From the NCBI GenBank assembly GCA_900088475.1, contig FLMG01003337.1, positions 82,091 through 146,090 of the forward strand: DNA of 64,000 nt, in the 5' to 3' direction. Both the position numbers and the translations under genes were made by a program. Positions 54,455-64,000 of this stretch are shown here, in pieces. The notes beneath the pieces were generated by a model. The model was not told the DNA's origin and made no database searches. It saw only the letters and a program-made list of their open reading frames with translations. The DNA comes from Hyphochytrium catenoides. Lineage: Eukaryota > Protista > Hyphochytriomycota. Each line of letters opens with the position of its first letter. Positions within the stretch are counted from its first letter, which is position 1.

Positions 54455-57281
54455 TTAAGGCTGAAAGTCCTCGGAAAGGCAGGTGTGGCAGCAGGGTCCA
54501 TAGTAGGATTGCAACAACCTCTTCTTTCGGATCCACGTAAGAACTCGCTCCATCGGGGCTCCTTGTTGCAGTGGCTCGTTAGGTAACTCGAGAACCTTAT
54601 TGGCTTCCTCCTGTTGGGTCTCTGTTTTCTTCATCCTGGGCTTCTGAGGGTCATGAAGAGGCGGCGCTCCTGCCGTAAGTTCCGCTTCGACGATGAACAT
54701 AAGGGGCGAGACCTTGGCATCAGAAGGGGATTTCCATCGTAGCAGAATTGGCTCAGGAGGCGGAGGATTCAGGAGCTGCAAGAGCACAGCACGAATTGCA
54801 GCCTGGCGACGTCTAGAGGCTCGTGAGAATCGTCCGCGGTTGTTTACTTTCGCTTCTTTCTGAGCAGCTGCCTCTCCAGCGGTATCTTCAGCATCATTAT
54901 TGGGTCGTATGGGCTGTTCCGGGCACTTTGGCAGTCTCTTTCCAGGGAAACGGCGCCAGTAGGCCTGGACGGCCTCATTGTACAGCTTGAGAAAGAAGAG
55001 CTCCATTGCAGGGAACAAATTGTAGGCACATAGGCGGAAGAGGTTGGCAGCTTCATCCAGCCACTGATGTTGTGATAAAGATGACCATGAATGGTGACGG
55101 AGAGAATGAGAGTTGGAAGCAAGACGAGCATTGAGGAATGGTGAAGTGATTAGATGGATAGTGCCTTTTCCATCCGTGCCTTACGCAATTATTACCTCCT
55201 GGCGCATCCAGAACTTTCCAAGCTGGACCATGGTCTCGGCCTCAAACTGCAGAGGCACATTACGGCTCCGATAAACAGTGCCATAGTCTGCCATTGCAAA
55301 GTCCGGCAAGTTCATCTTTTTCCAGCAGCAGCAGCAGCAGCAGCAGTAGCAGTAGCAGTAGCCGGAGGAGCACACAACCCCACAGGAAGGAAGAGCTGAT
55401 TAGTGAAAGCCGGAGGTCTCTATAAGCGCTCTACTTACCATCTCCCAGCACAAAGCCCGCTCTAAGTAGACCTTCCCATCAGTCTCACATACTGATAGCA
55501 ATAGGCAATGAGAGAGGACCGAGCTTTAATTAGCCTTCCAGTCAAAGAAGGATAAGGTGATACCACGTATTGATCTTAAGTCCTTACCGCGAGGAAATAA
55601 GCTCGGAAAATATCGGCTCATAGCACGATAGAGCCTCAGGGAGCTGTTATACTGCTTTACCGCCTCTCGGAATTTGCCTGCATCACGATGACGTACACCA
55701 TCCTTAATAAGCAGATCTTGATGATGGAGTCAAGAGGGCAGGTGGCTCCTACTAAAAGCTTGCCTACCTTTTCCATAGAGTTCCCCTGCTTCTTCCTTCA
55801 CTCGATAAAACGCTGCTCTTGCAAGTGAGCTGTTGGTGTGCAGGAGCGCCAAAGGTTGAGGAGCGCAGCGCGACGGTAAGCTTCTGAGATGACGTAAACT
55901 GTGCCTCGTCACTTACATAGCCATCTGTTGAAATGACGGGGTCCATATACCGTGGAGTTGTATGGCAGCTTCCTTGTAGGAGCCCTTATTGAGAAGCGCC
56001 TGCAAGGGACAAAGAGATAATAACAAGAAGACGGAGAGGAACGTTGCCATTAGTCTGGCCTCCTGTCTCTGCCCCGTGGAGCCACGAAGTTGCATTCCTT
56101 ACATCTACATATTCTATACGGAGGGCATCGATGTCCGCGATGTCTAAGGAGAGCGTTTTGCGCCTTCGCAGACTGATCGCCATGCGGATCCCCTCTCTTC
56201 AAAAGGAGCAATGGGAGAGAAGTCTATGAGGTCCTATTCTGCTCCAAAACGCGCCAGAAAGTCCATTAACTTACTTCAGGTCGTCAGCTCTAGCCCAGTG
56301 GTCTCCGAGATCTCGCAGACTAAGAGATCGACGAATCAGGCACTCAAAGTAAAGCCTCTTTCCGGTCGAGGATAAATCGTTCTTTAGCTTTGTGAGAGCC
56401 TGTGTATAAAGACGCTGGGAACATTAATAGAAGTTAGATAGTGGCTCGGATGTGTCGTGCGTATTAAGTCATTAGGCTCGCCCCAAACGATGTCTTACTT
56501 ACCGTGGTCTTAAGGGCTTCATTATGCTTCTCTTCTTGTCCCTTCACGCTCTCCAAAATCTTGACCGCAGCCTTCACGTGGCTAGAGTAAATCTTAAAAT
56601 ATGCGGCCGAAGGCTCTGGTTTAGTTCCAAGCCGTTCAGAGAACGGAAGGGAGAATGGCTCCGTACAGAGCCCCTTCATAAGTAAACCCATGTCTCTCTT
56701 CAGCGAGTATACTAGCCACTGCACAAGGGCTAGGAGTTTGGTAAGCGTGCCCTGAAGATATCTTGCCGATACTCGAAGAGCTTCCCGGAGTAAACACTCT
56801 GCTGGACGGTTGTAGATAGAGTTCCGCGGGTCTCGGCTTTTTGCGGAATGAGGTGGACAGCAGATGTGCGCAGATGGAAGAAGTAACAATAGTATAAGGA
56901 GTCAGTCCCCGCTGACTCCTTCCATTTGGTGCAGCAAGGCAACAAAGAGAGGGCGAGAGAGAGAGAGAGAAAGAGAAGAGAGCGAAAGAGAGAGAGAGTG
57001 AGCGAGAGACAGAGAGAAAGAGAGAGGGAGAAGAAATCGGAACAGAGAGAGAGAAAGAGAGAGAGAGATCGGAAGAGCGAGAGAGACGAGGGAGGAAAGG
57101 AAGCATCGGAACAAGGCTGAGAGGGCATTGAAAACAGGGGTAAGAGAGGACCAACGGTACGGAAGGTTCTTCACCTCTTCCCTTGCTGATTGTTGTTGGT
57201 AACCTCCTCTCGGCCAGACTGTGGAGCATCTCGCTCTTCTGATTCCAACGGACCAAATTCTGACTCAGCATCTACTACCAT
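54455..57281 (-). CDS. TPR-repeat-containing protein (~9 exons; both ends uncertain)
   Basis: Eight GT-AG introns join stop-free exons into TPR-like helices: ELYGKDGVRHRDAGKFREAVKQYNSSLRLY, VYLERALCWEMMNLPDFAMADYGTV and MVQLGKFWMRQEWLDEAANLFRLC. Confidence 0.7.
55323..55361 (+). repeat. (CAG)8(TAG CAG)2 TAG trinucleotide repeat inside a TPR-gene intron
   Basis: Seen directly in the sequence. Confidence 0.95.
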
Positions 57282-57630
57282 CTCCTCCCCAGAGGCAGTT
57301 GCTGTAGCTGGGGTTTCATCCGCGCTTTCTTAGTGAGAGGGAGGTGTTGCTGGGCTGAGACAACGGAACTCTAGGAGCGAGACATGTTACTGAGCCAGCA
57401 AAGAGGAACAAATAAAGAGGAGAGAGACAGAGAGGTGAGGCTAAAGCGTTGAGAAGAGAGAAAGAGAGAAAGGGAGAGAAACAGGACAGAGAGAAGAGGA
57501 GAGAGACGGACACAAGTCCGGCTAGGGAAAGAGTACAAAAGTGAGAGTGGGAGAGAGCAAGCAAGCGATAGAAGGAGAGCAACAAAGAAGCAATAGAAAG
57601 AGAGCATTGGGGAAAGACAGAAGCGGGGGC

Positions 57631-57667
<37 letters not shown>

Positions 57668-57702
57668 GAGAGACAGAGAGAGAGAGAGAGAAAGAGAAAG
57701 AG
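56945..57702 (+). repeat. Two AG/AGAC-rich low-complexity tracts (56945-57115, 57410-57702), i.e. TC-rich introns on the minus strand
   Basis: The tracts are flanked by minus-strand GT/AG splice sites. Confidence 0.85.
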
Positions 57703-60189
57703 GAAATAGCACCGAATCAGTAGCTGCAGGATTCTCTCCCGCGTTATCAAGTGATGAGAGTCAACGTGACGATCAGAATGGGCCACTAAGCTGAGGAATG
57801 ACAAAGGATGGTCTGATGTGTAAAGAGGCAGAGAGCAGGTTCAATTGCGAACCGTCGTCTCCTCTCAAAACCTCCTGAGCATCAACCGGGTTGTTGCTTT
57901 ATCTTAGGGTAAGAGTGGCTCCTGGAACTACATCTTTAACCGCCTGCACAGCTTCTTAGGCCTACTAAATGCTAGAGGACGACTACTGTTTTACCCCATA
58001 GTTCTCTGCCAGCGGCGCCGGTGATTGGCTAGTCCGGAGCCTTATGCGTTGGAGCCGTTACTGCTCCTGTTCGCTGATCCTGCCAAACTCCGGTGATAGA
58101 AGCCTTGTTCTTCTCTTGCTCGCGGCGGCTGTTGTCTACTGCTCTGGACTATAATACCAATAGCTATACCAGTACCTGCCATTATTAGGGAAGGAAGGCA
58201 CCATGTATACTTACCCTTGTCTAACAGTGGTGGTAGTAATAGTTGGTGCCGATTCCTGGCGGTGCAGCTTGACTGGAAGGACGTTCTGGGCGTACAAAGT
58301 AGGTAGTTGTGCTTTCTTCGTGTTCCTCTTGGCCCCTCATGGTGTTCCGTACCGTTCCTGGCGGCAGGAGAAGGACGTTAATGAGGTAATATCATTCCTG
58401 TCAATGAACGCCATACACACCCTCTCAATAATAGGTAGCTTGTTGACGATAATAGGCTGACACCATGGACGTGTTGTCTGTCTCACCACGTTCCTATGCT
58501 ACTAGTTCCATCGATGAAGCCACCGAACACGCCGTGCCTTGACTACATTGCCGATCGAACGCTGGGCGGGGAAGTCCTAACAGACACCTATCACCCTCTG
58601 ATAAGGGGTCACGAGGGCAAGTAAATAGTAGACAGTTCTTCTGGTTCTTTTTCTCTTGTCAAGCGCTAGTGGTATGGAGGAAAACAACAGCAGAGACTGG
58701 CGTGCGGGCGTATCCCGTAGGAGTCAAGCGGTCACCAGGAAAGCTCGTCCTGCTGTAGAGCCGTAGACAAGGGTCAAGGAGCGTCCAACAGATGCGTTAT
58801 TAGAAAGAACCTGAACCCTAATGAAATAAGTTCCTTGGGCAACTGAACGCAAAGACTACTCTCTGCTGCTTCCGATGGAGCTTGCTTCCCTGGCCCAACG
58901 AACGAGGGGTGTGCTGACCGGCACTGTATGGACTACCTGGAGGAAGCCCTATCCTCTCTCTGTCCATAACCATCCCTCTTTCTAAGAGCCGCTTTGCTCC
59001 TCCATTTGATCAGGGAGTAACGACATGGTACCGGCTGTGACGCAACGAGCTCAGAACCTGTCCACATTGGTGGTGCCCTTGTCCTTCCCCAACTAACTGT
59101 TGATGTCAACATCTACTGCCGTTTGGCAAAGGTATGGGCCGGCCTAGAAGAGCAAAGAAGATAACGGCCTGCGCTCTACCACTACTTTAGACGGTGTAGG
59201 TAGTCTCTAGCTAGATCTATCACGAATCTCATAAATCCTGATAAACGCCAAGCTGCTATCTTTGTTTCAGCCTTCGATGACGCTGGAGGCGGCTGGTGTG
59301 CGGCTTTTCGCAAGAAGCTTGATGGGCATGTTTAGCTTTAGATTATGAGACATAACCAACTTGGCAAAATCGTTGGTGGGCTTCTTCGTCTGAAGCTTGT
59401 GGCAGATCAGATGTTATCTAGAGAAAGGTGAGGACCACATGTCCTCCACAAAGAAGGATGAGGTCCAACTAGTATATGTGGACCTAGGCTCACCAAGGGC
59501 ATATGATCAGCATCACTATTATGACTACTACTACTAGAGACACAAGCAGCTATAAGCAAGCTCGACTAAGCAGCACCAACTGATGAAGATAAGAGATAAA
59601 GGGAAGGAGAACTTGCTGACATGACATCATGTATGTTCCTGGCGGGCTGCTCATGGTTACTCAATCTTCCAGTATATCATTCCTCTAGGAGGCGCTACCG
59701 TCAGCGGTGAGCGACGGACTCTAAAGAGCATCTTAGGTGGAGGTTTAGAGCTTGTCAAGTGTATCTCGCCCACCATCAACCTGGAAAGTGCCCATTAGAT
59801 AATACCTGCGTCACTCTGACTAGACAATGAGGGAGGTCCCCTGGCTCAACCTCCCATATCCTTTATCCTCCATCATCGTTAGGAGCATTGTGGCCGTGTT
59901 GGGGTTCTTGTGCAACAGGAACCAAGCAGCTGCAGAGGTGACAGAAGGAGGTGTGTTTGAGGTTGTTGAGAGCAGAGTTGGAGCTCAAATTACACAGTTC
60001 CCACAACGTATGGAAAGTAGCTCAAATGAGAGTGGCTGGCTCGAAGTGAACTGTAGGGCAGCGAGAGCGAGCGAGGAAGAAGAAAGAGAGATCATTTTGG
60101 TTCCCATAACCAGCTCACCCGTTCAGATCTGGCTTGCTTTCCTAGGAATGGTGGTGGAACAGTGAATGGAATGCTTCACTCTTGTCTAT

Positions 60190-60406
60190 CTGCTCTCCCT
60201 CTCTGTTTCTCTCTTTGCTCGCTCTCGTTCACTCTCTCTCTTTTCTCTGTCCTCTTTCTCTCATCTCCTCACTTTTCCCTCTCTCTCACTCCCTCTTGGT
60301 CCCTTGAGCCTTTCTCTTTCTCCCTCACTACCGTCTCATTTCATCTTTTCTCCTTTGCTTGATCTCTCCCTCCCTATCTCTCTCTCTTCTCTCTCACTCT
60401 CTCTCT

Positions 60407-60447
<41 letters not shown>
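60190..60447 (+). repeat. TC-rich tract ending in a perfect (TC)n run
   Basis: Seen directly in the sequence. Confidence 0.9.
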
Positions 60448-60448
<1 letters not shown>

Positions 60449-60498
60449 CTTTTCCTCTGTTGTGGATGGATTCTATGTATTGACCTTTATATGCTTTC

Positions 60499-60680
60499 AG
60501 CCAATCAGATGTCCTTAATGCGACACACCATAGAACCTAGCAGTGCAATCTGACCAATAAGAGCTTAAATATCTTAGTCCATTGACCACCCTTGGCTGCA
60601 GGGGCCAATGTGATTGGCTATATTTGCATCTTCGGGTTGACTAAAGACCATCAATTGACCAATGAAAAGCCACCAATCTT
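60499..60680 (+). promoter_or_regulatory. Cluster of six CCAAT/ATTGG boxes upstream of the CBM1 gene
   Basis: CCAAT at 60501, 60554, 60605, 60659 and 60673; ATTGG at 60613. Confidence 0.55.
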
Positions 60681-60965
60681 TGCTTCTCTTGCTATCCTTT
60701 TCTGCGGCGCTGACCCTGACTTGGTCTTGATTGTGGGTGCCGAATTTCATAATGAAAGATCAATAGCTTTCAAGAAAGAGGAGATAACCTCGAGTGTCAT
60801 GCCACAGCTATCTGCCCGTCATTCCTAAAGTTACTTTCCATATCCAAGTCCATACCCGCCTTGACATACCATCTCCAACTGTTAGCGAAGAGTTAGAGCG
60901 AGACATAAATCATCACGCTCTTTCGGTCGCAGGAAAAGTAGAGAGAGCTTCGAACACCAAGAAAA

Positions 60966-61829
60966 ATGACAAGACTTCTGCTTAGCGCCTTGCCACTGGT
61001 GTTGGCGTACGTAAGCCCAGCCCTTGCCGGAGCTCCATCCTGGGGTGTGTGCGGAGGTATTAGTGCTTTTGGAGGTGACCAGAAGTATGTGGACTGCGAC
61101 AATCCTGTCCAGCAGTGCAAAAGGTATGATGCCTACTACTGGGGCTGCGCGGACGTGCAGGATAGACTGCAGCCAGCCCCTGGCGTCGCTGGGCCTTGGG
61201 AGCAATGTGGTGGCGGTTCTGTAGATGCCAAGACCAGAGAGTGTATTGGTGGGTACACTTGTACCAGAATCAGCGCCCAGTGGTGGCAATGCAGTGCCAA
61301 TCAATACAATCAGGCTCCTGGAATGCCTCTCCAACAGCCGAATCAGCAGCCGCAGTACCAATATAACCAGCAATTCCAGTTCCACGCACAACAGAATGCC
61401 CAGCAGCCGGAGATAAGGGGCTCCAACCCATTTGGTTTCAATCCTCAATCTGGTCCAAATCTTTACGAGTCCGTTCAGGCCAATCCCAACAAGTTCAATG
61501 CCTACCCTGCGGCAGGCCAAAATGGACCCTATCAGATGAACGCTGGTGTCGAAAATGGCCCGTACCACAAGGCCAGTGATCCCTTTGGATTCAACACGTT
61601 GATGAACGAGCACTTGAACGCCGGATCGTCTGGTGACTCTGGCAGCGGTGGACTTTCGTTTGCAGGCATTGTGATGATTTGTGTTGGTGCTGTGGTCGGC
61701 GTAGCTTTCCTTGTGACCCTAGCGGTAGTGGCGGTTCGCCATCGTCGCCGCAAGGCTAAGAGTGCTCTGAATGACCCCATGTCTCCTGCAAACGACTCCG
61801 ACGCCAGATTCCAAAAGCTTGACATCTAA
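60966..61829 (+). CDS. Type I membrane protein with two CBM1 (fungal-type cellulose-binding) modules, intronless
   Basis: Signal peptide MTRLLLSALPLVLAYVSPALA; modules WGVCGG..C..C..YYWGC and WEQCGG..C..GYTC..WWQC; Q/N/P-rich stalk; TM helix GIVMICVGAVVGVAFLVTLAVVAV followed by RHRRRK; short cytosolic tail. Confidence 0.85.
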   Translation: MTRLLLSALPLVLAYVSPALAGAPSWGVCGGISAFGGDQKYVDCDNPVQQCKRYDAYYWGCADVQDRLQPAPGVAGPWEQCGGGSVDAKTRECIGGYTCTRISAQWWQCSANQYNQAPGMPLQQPNQQPQYQYNQQFQFHAQQNAQQPEIRGSNPFGFNPQSGPNLYESVQANPNKFNAYPAAGQNGPYQMNAGVENGPYHKASDPFGFNTLMNEHLNAGSSGDSGSGGLSFAGIVMICVGAVVGVAFLVTLAVVAVRHRRRKAKSALNDPMSPANDSDARFQKLDI

Positions 61830-62505
61830 TAGTCAATATATGTGCATATATACTACTGTCAGGGGAAGGTCGAAAGATGGGCTGAGTGAGCTCATTCCTT
61901 TTACTACATAAATAACAAACCATATATATCTTAGGGCCAGCAGCCTTTAGCATCAACAAACTTACAATTCGTCTGGCATCATACTCTCACGACAGCATCA
62001 TCTGAGGCAAATGAAGAACGAGCTCTTAAGATTGAGCACATGGCCTCCGGCAGCCTAAAAGGATCGCTACAGGAGCGACTATTGAAATCGCCGGTGCAAG
62101 GCGTATCCATTTCCACCGTTTGTATGTCAACACATAGAGAGTTTTACAATAGTCGCTGTTGCACCAGCTTCTTCGATCAACCAATCCTTCACCCCCATCG
62201 CGCAGGGCCAAGAGCGGCTTTTTGTCTGGGTAATCTACATCCAACCCAGGCTTAAGCCGGTTGATCTCTTACTAGCAACATAGCTATAGCGGCGTTATTA
62301 CAAAAAGAAGTGTTATATAGGTGTCATACACTAAGCATGTAAGACTCTCGGCTAATGTAAGTGGTAAGGTATCTAAAACTGGCTTGGTCCACGTCTCAAA
62401 CAAGTGCCACGTTGAACACTGGGGGCAGCAGGTTACTCTTCTCATGATGCTGTCACCATTTTCCATACTATGCATATTTATGGCCAATTAAAGAGCGTTT
62501 GGGCT

Positions 62506-63360
62506 TCATGCCTTCATTCGTAGCTCGCAGTAGTCCCAGGCAAGTCCTGACTTCCACCAGTCAGAATGATTAGAGAAGGCCACCAACACTTGAGCATCAT
62601 CCGTCTCCACCACAACATCTTCTAGAGTTATTAGGGTCCATTCGCTTCCAGGGTAGTTATGGCGTGGCCTGTACCGTAAAGTCAAAAAGTTCATACGTGG
62701 ATCCACAGCCTCATCAGGCTGATGGGCTGCTACTGGAGGGCAAAGACGCTTCAATTCGTCTGGAGCAAACTTTTGGGTTGCTCCTCTTCCTTTCGATGGA
62801 GATAGAACCTCCGCAGTCACCGACGTTAGTTCTTCTTCTGGTATGTGAAAGTCGGGTAACAGCTTAACTCTCCAGTGAACTTCATAGCGCCCCGCAGGAA
62901 CATGGTGAAATGTGGTTCGCAGGTCCAACCAGCAGACGCTCCGAAGCACGACGCACTTCTCTGACTTCGCAGTAGGATCGAGTTCCACAGCCAGATAAGA
63001 AGAATCATTTAGCCATGTGACCTCTGTCTCTGCGGCTTTCCTGCAAGGTTTGGTGGTGACGAGAAGCCGTAGAAGCTTCATGATTTTTGATGTTGCCCAT
63101 CCAGTGATGTCGTATGGCTCCCCCAAAAGGCCTGTTTCCTCTCGACGCATTAGCTCTTGAGCAATCTCTCTGATAAAGCTGTCATCAGCAGTGACATCAT
63201 GCGCCTGCTTATCACATTGGGAGTACGCCCCAATGTCTTGAGGGTTGCAGAGCATCAAGATCCGCGACTGGATAATATCACTTGGTAACTGACTTAGGAC
63301 TGAGGTATTGGACGGCACCGCCGCCTTATCTTGATTCATTCCTGCGCCGGTATCACTCAT
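62506..63360 (-). CDS. F-box protein with PP2/Nictaba lectin-like domain, intronless
   Basis: F-box LSQLPSDIIQSRIL..PQDI..SQCDK; PP2 motifs VTWLND..Y, LRSVCWLD, GRYEVHWRVKL and WWKSGL..D. Confidence 0.82.
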   Translation of the reverse strand: MSDTGAGMNQDKAAVPSNTSVLSQLPSDIIQSRILMLCNPQDIGAYSQCDKQAHDVTADDSFIREIAQELMRREETGLLGEPYDITGWATSKIMKLLRLLVTTKPCRKAAETEVTWLNDSSYLAVELDPTAKSEKCVVLRSVCWLDLRTTFHHVPAGRYEVHWRVKLLPDFHIPEEELTSVTAEVLSPSKGRGATQKFAPDELKRLCPPVAAHQPDEAVDPRMNFLTLRYRPRHNYPGSEWTLITLEDVVVETDDAQVLVAFSNHSDWWKSGLAWDYCELRMKA

Positions 63361-64000
63361 AGCTGACTCACTATGTATGACTACGACGGCCCCTTAATTT
63401 GAGTGGTGAGCCTTGAAAAACGTTATCTCAGGTAGCCTTGCAATGTCTTTGCTTGCTTGAGCTCTTTGCTTCGTCCGGTTCCTCAGTAGGCTGGAAGCTG
63501 CTGCAGTGATAGGATGGATATCTTCCTGCTGGACGTGCTGCACTGTCGCTGAGGTGCTGTTGGATGCAAACTTAAGTTCTTCAGGTCTGGGAGGTGTGCT
63601 TCGCGTGAACAATGCGGTTGTCTTTGTGAAGACGCAGACTCATAACTCATAAGAAATCACTTGGGCGCTTGGCGAACAGAGGAAGAATAACCACCTTCGC
63701 CGCCTTCCTCATGATCCTCTTTTCTCCATCCTTAGTCGCAGACTCACTCAAACAAACGAAATAATAGTTCATGAAAGAAAGGAGATTTACGGTTGCTGTT
63801 CGTAGATATATTATTAGGGTGGAAATATTGCCAAGCGGAATTGAGAGGAAGAAATCATCCCGCTTGAGTGTGTTTGCTGATCTTCCTCGTTCTAGTAGCC
63901 CTTTCCTAGTGTTGAGTTAGCCCGTGTTAATATTCTAGCCCACACTGTGTGAGACAGAAGAACAAACAGTACGGTCACCGACAAAGACAAGGAGGTCAGA

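Noticed and set aside
58500-58760. Plus-strand peptide LIRGHE resembling a PPP phosphatase motif, with a possible GC-AG intron
   Set aside because: No other metallophosphatase motifs nearby, and the frame is short.
60882-61613. 243-aa antisense ORF, and similar shadow ORFs over SWEET, MATE and the RGS genes
   Set aside because: They are antisense shadows of well-supported coding sequences and have no motifs of their own.
1-64000. Reassignment of TAA/TAG to glutamine (ciliate-type code)
   Set aside because: Long Gln-rich exons (3698-5571 and the CBM1 gene) contain no in-frame TAR, and conserved genes (AMPD, MTG1, SLC25A44) end at TAA at the expected positions.
1-64000. CRISPR arrays, rRNA, tRNA, intact transposons
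   Set aside because: No spaced direct repeats, recognisable RNA gene motifs or transposase ORFs were seen; tRNAscan-SE/Infernal would be needed to exclude small RNAs.

Overview
Eukaryotic nuclear DNA (about 50% GC) with many short GT-AG introns that are pyrimidine-rich on the sense strand. It uses the standard genetic code. A dynein-2 light intermediate chain gene indicates a flagellated lineage, but the lineage cannot be named from this window. Hand-spliced gene models, left to right: TruA pseudouridine synthase (last exon), a ~1000-aa protein with a C-terminal GCN5-like GNAT domain, DYNC2LI1, an SLC25A44-type mitochondrial carrier, a TMEM104-like amino-acid transporter, 7TM-RGS paralog A (-), 7TM-RGS paralog B (+), an intronless SWEET, a MATE, MTG1/RbgA GTPase, AMP deaminase, a divergent 7TM-RGS paralog C, a TPR protein, an intronless membrane-anchored tandem-CBM1 protein and an intronless F-box/PP2(Nictaba) lectin. 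The most notable observations are: (1) three receptor-GAP (7TM-RGS) genes among nutrient transporters; (2) an adjacent carbohydrate-recognition pair (CBM1 surface protein and F-box lectin) with a phased CCAAT cluster upstream; (3) a decayed copy of a 7TM-RGS-C coding segment inside an MTG1 intron; (4) a CAG/CTG->TAG/CTA decay signature in non-coding DNA, with stop-riddled exon-like relics. All exon boundaries, alignments and counts were made by eye and need confirmation.
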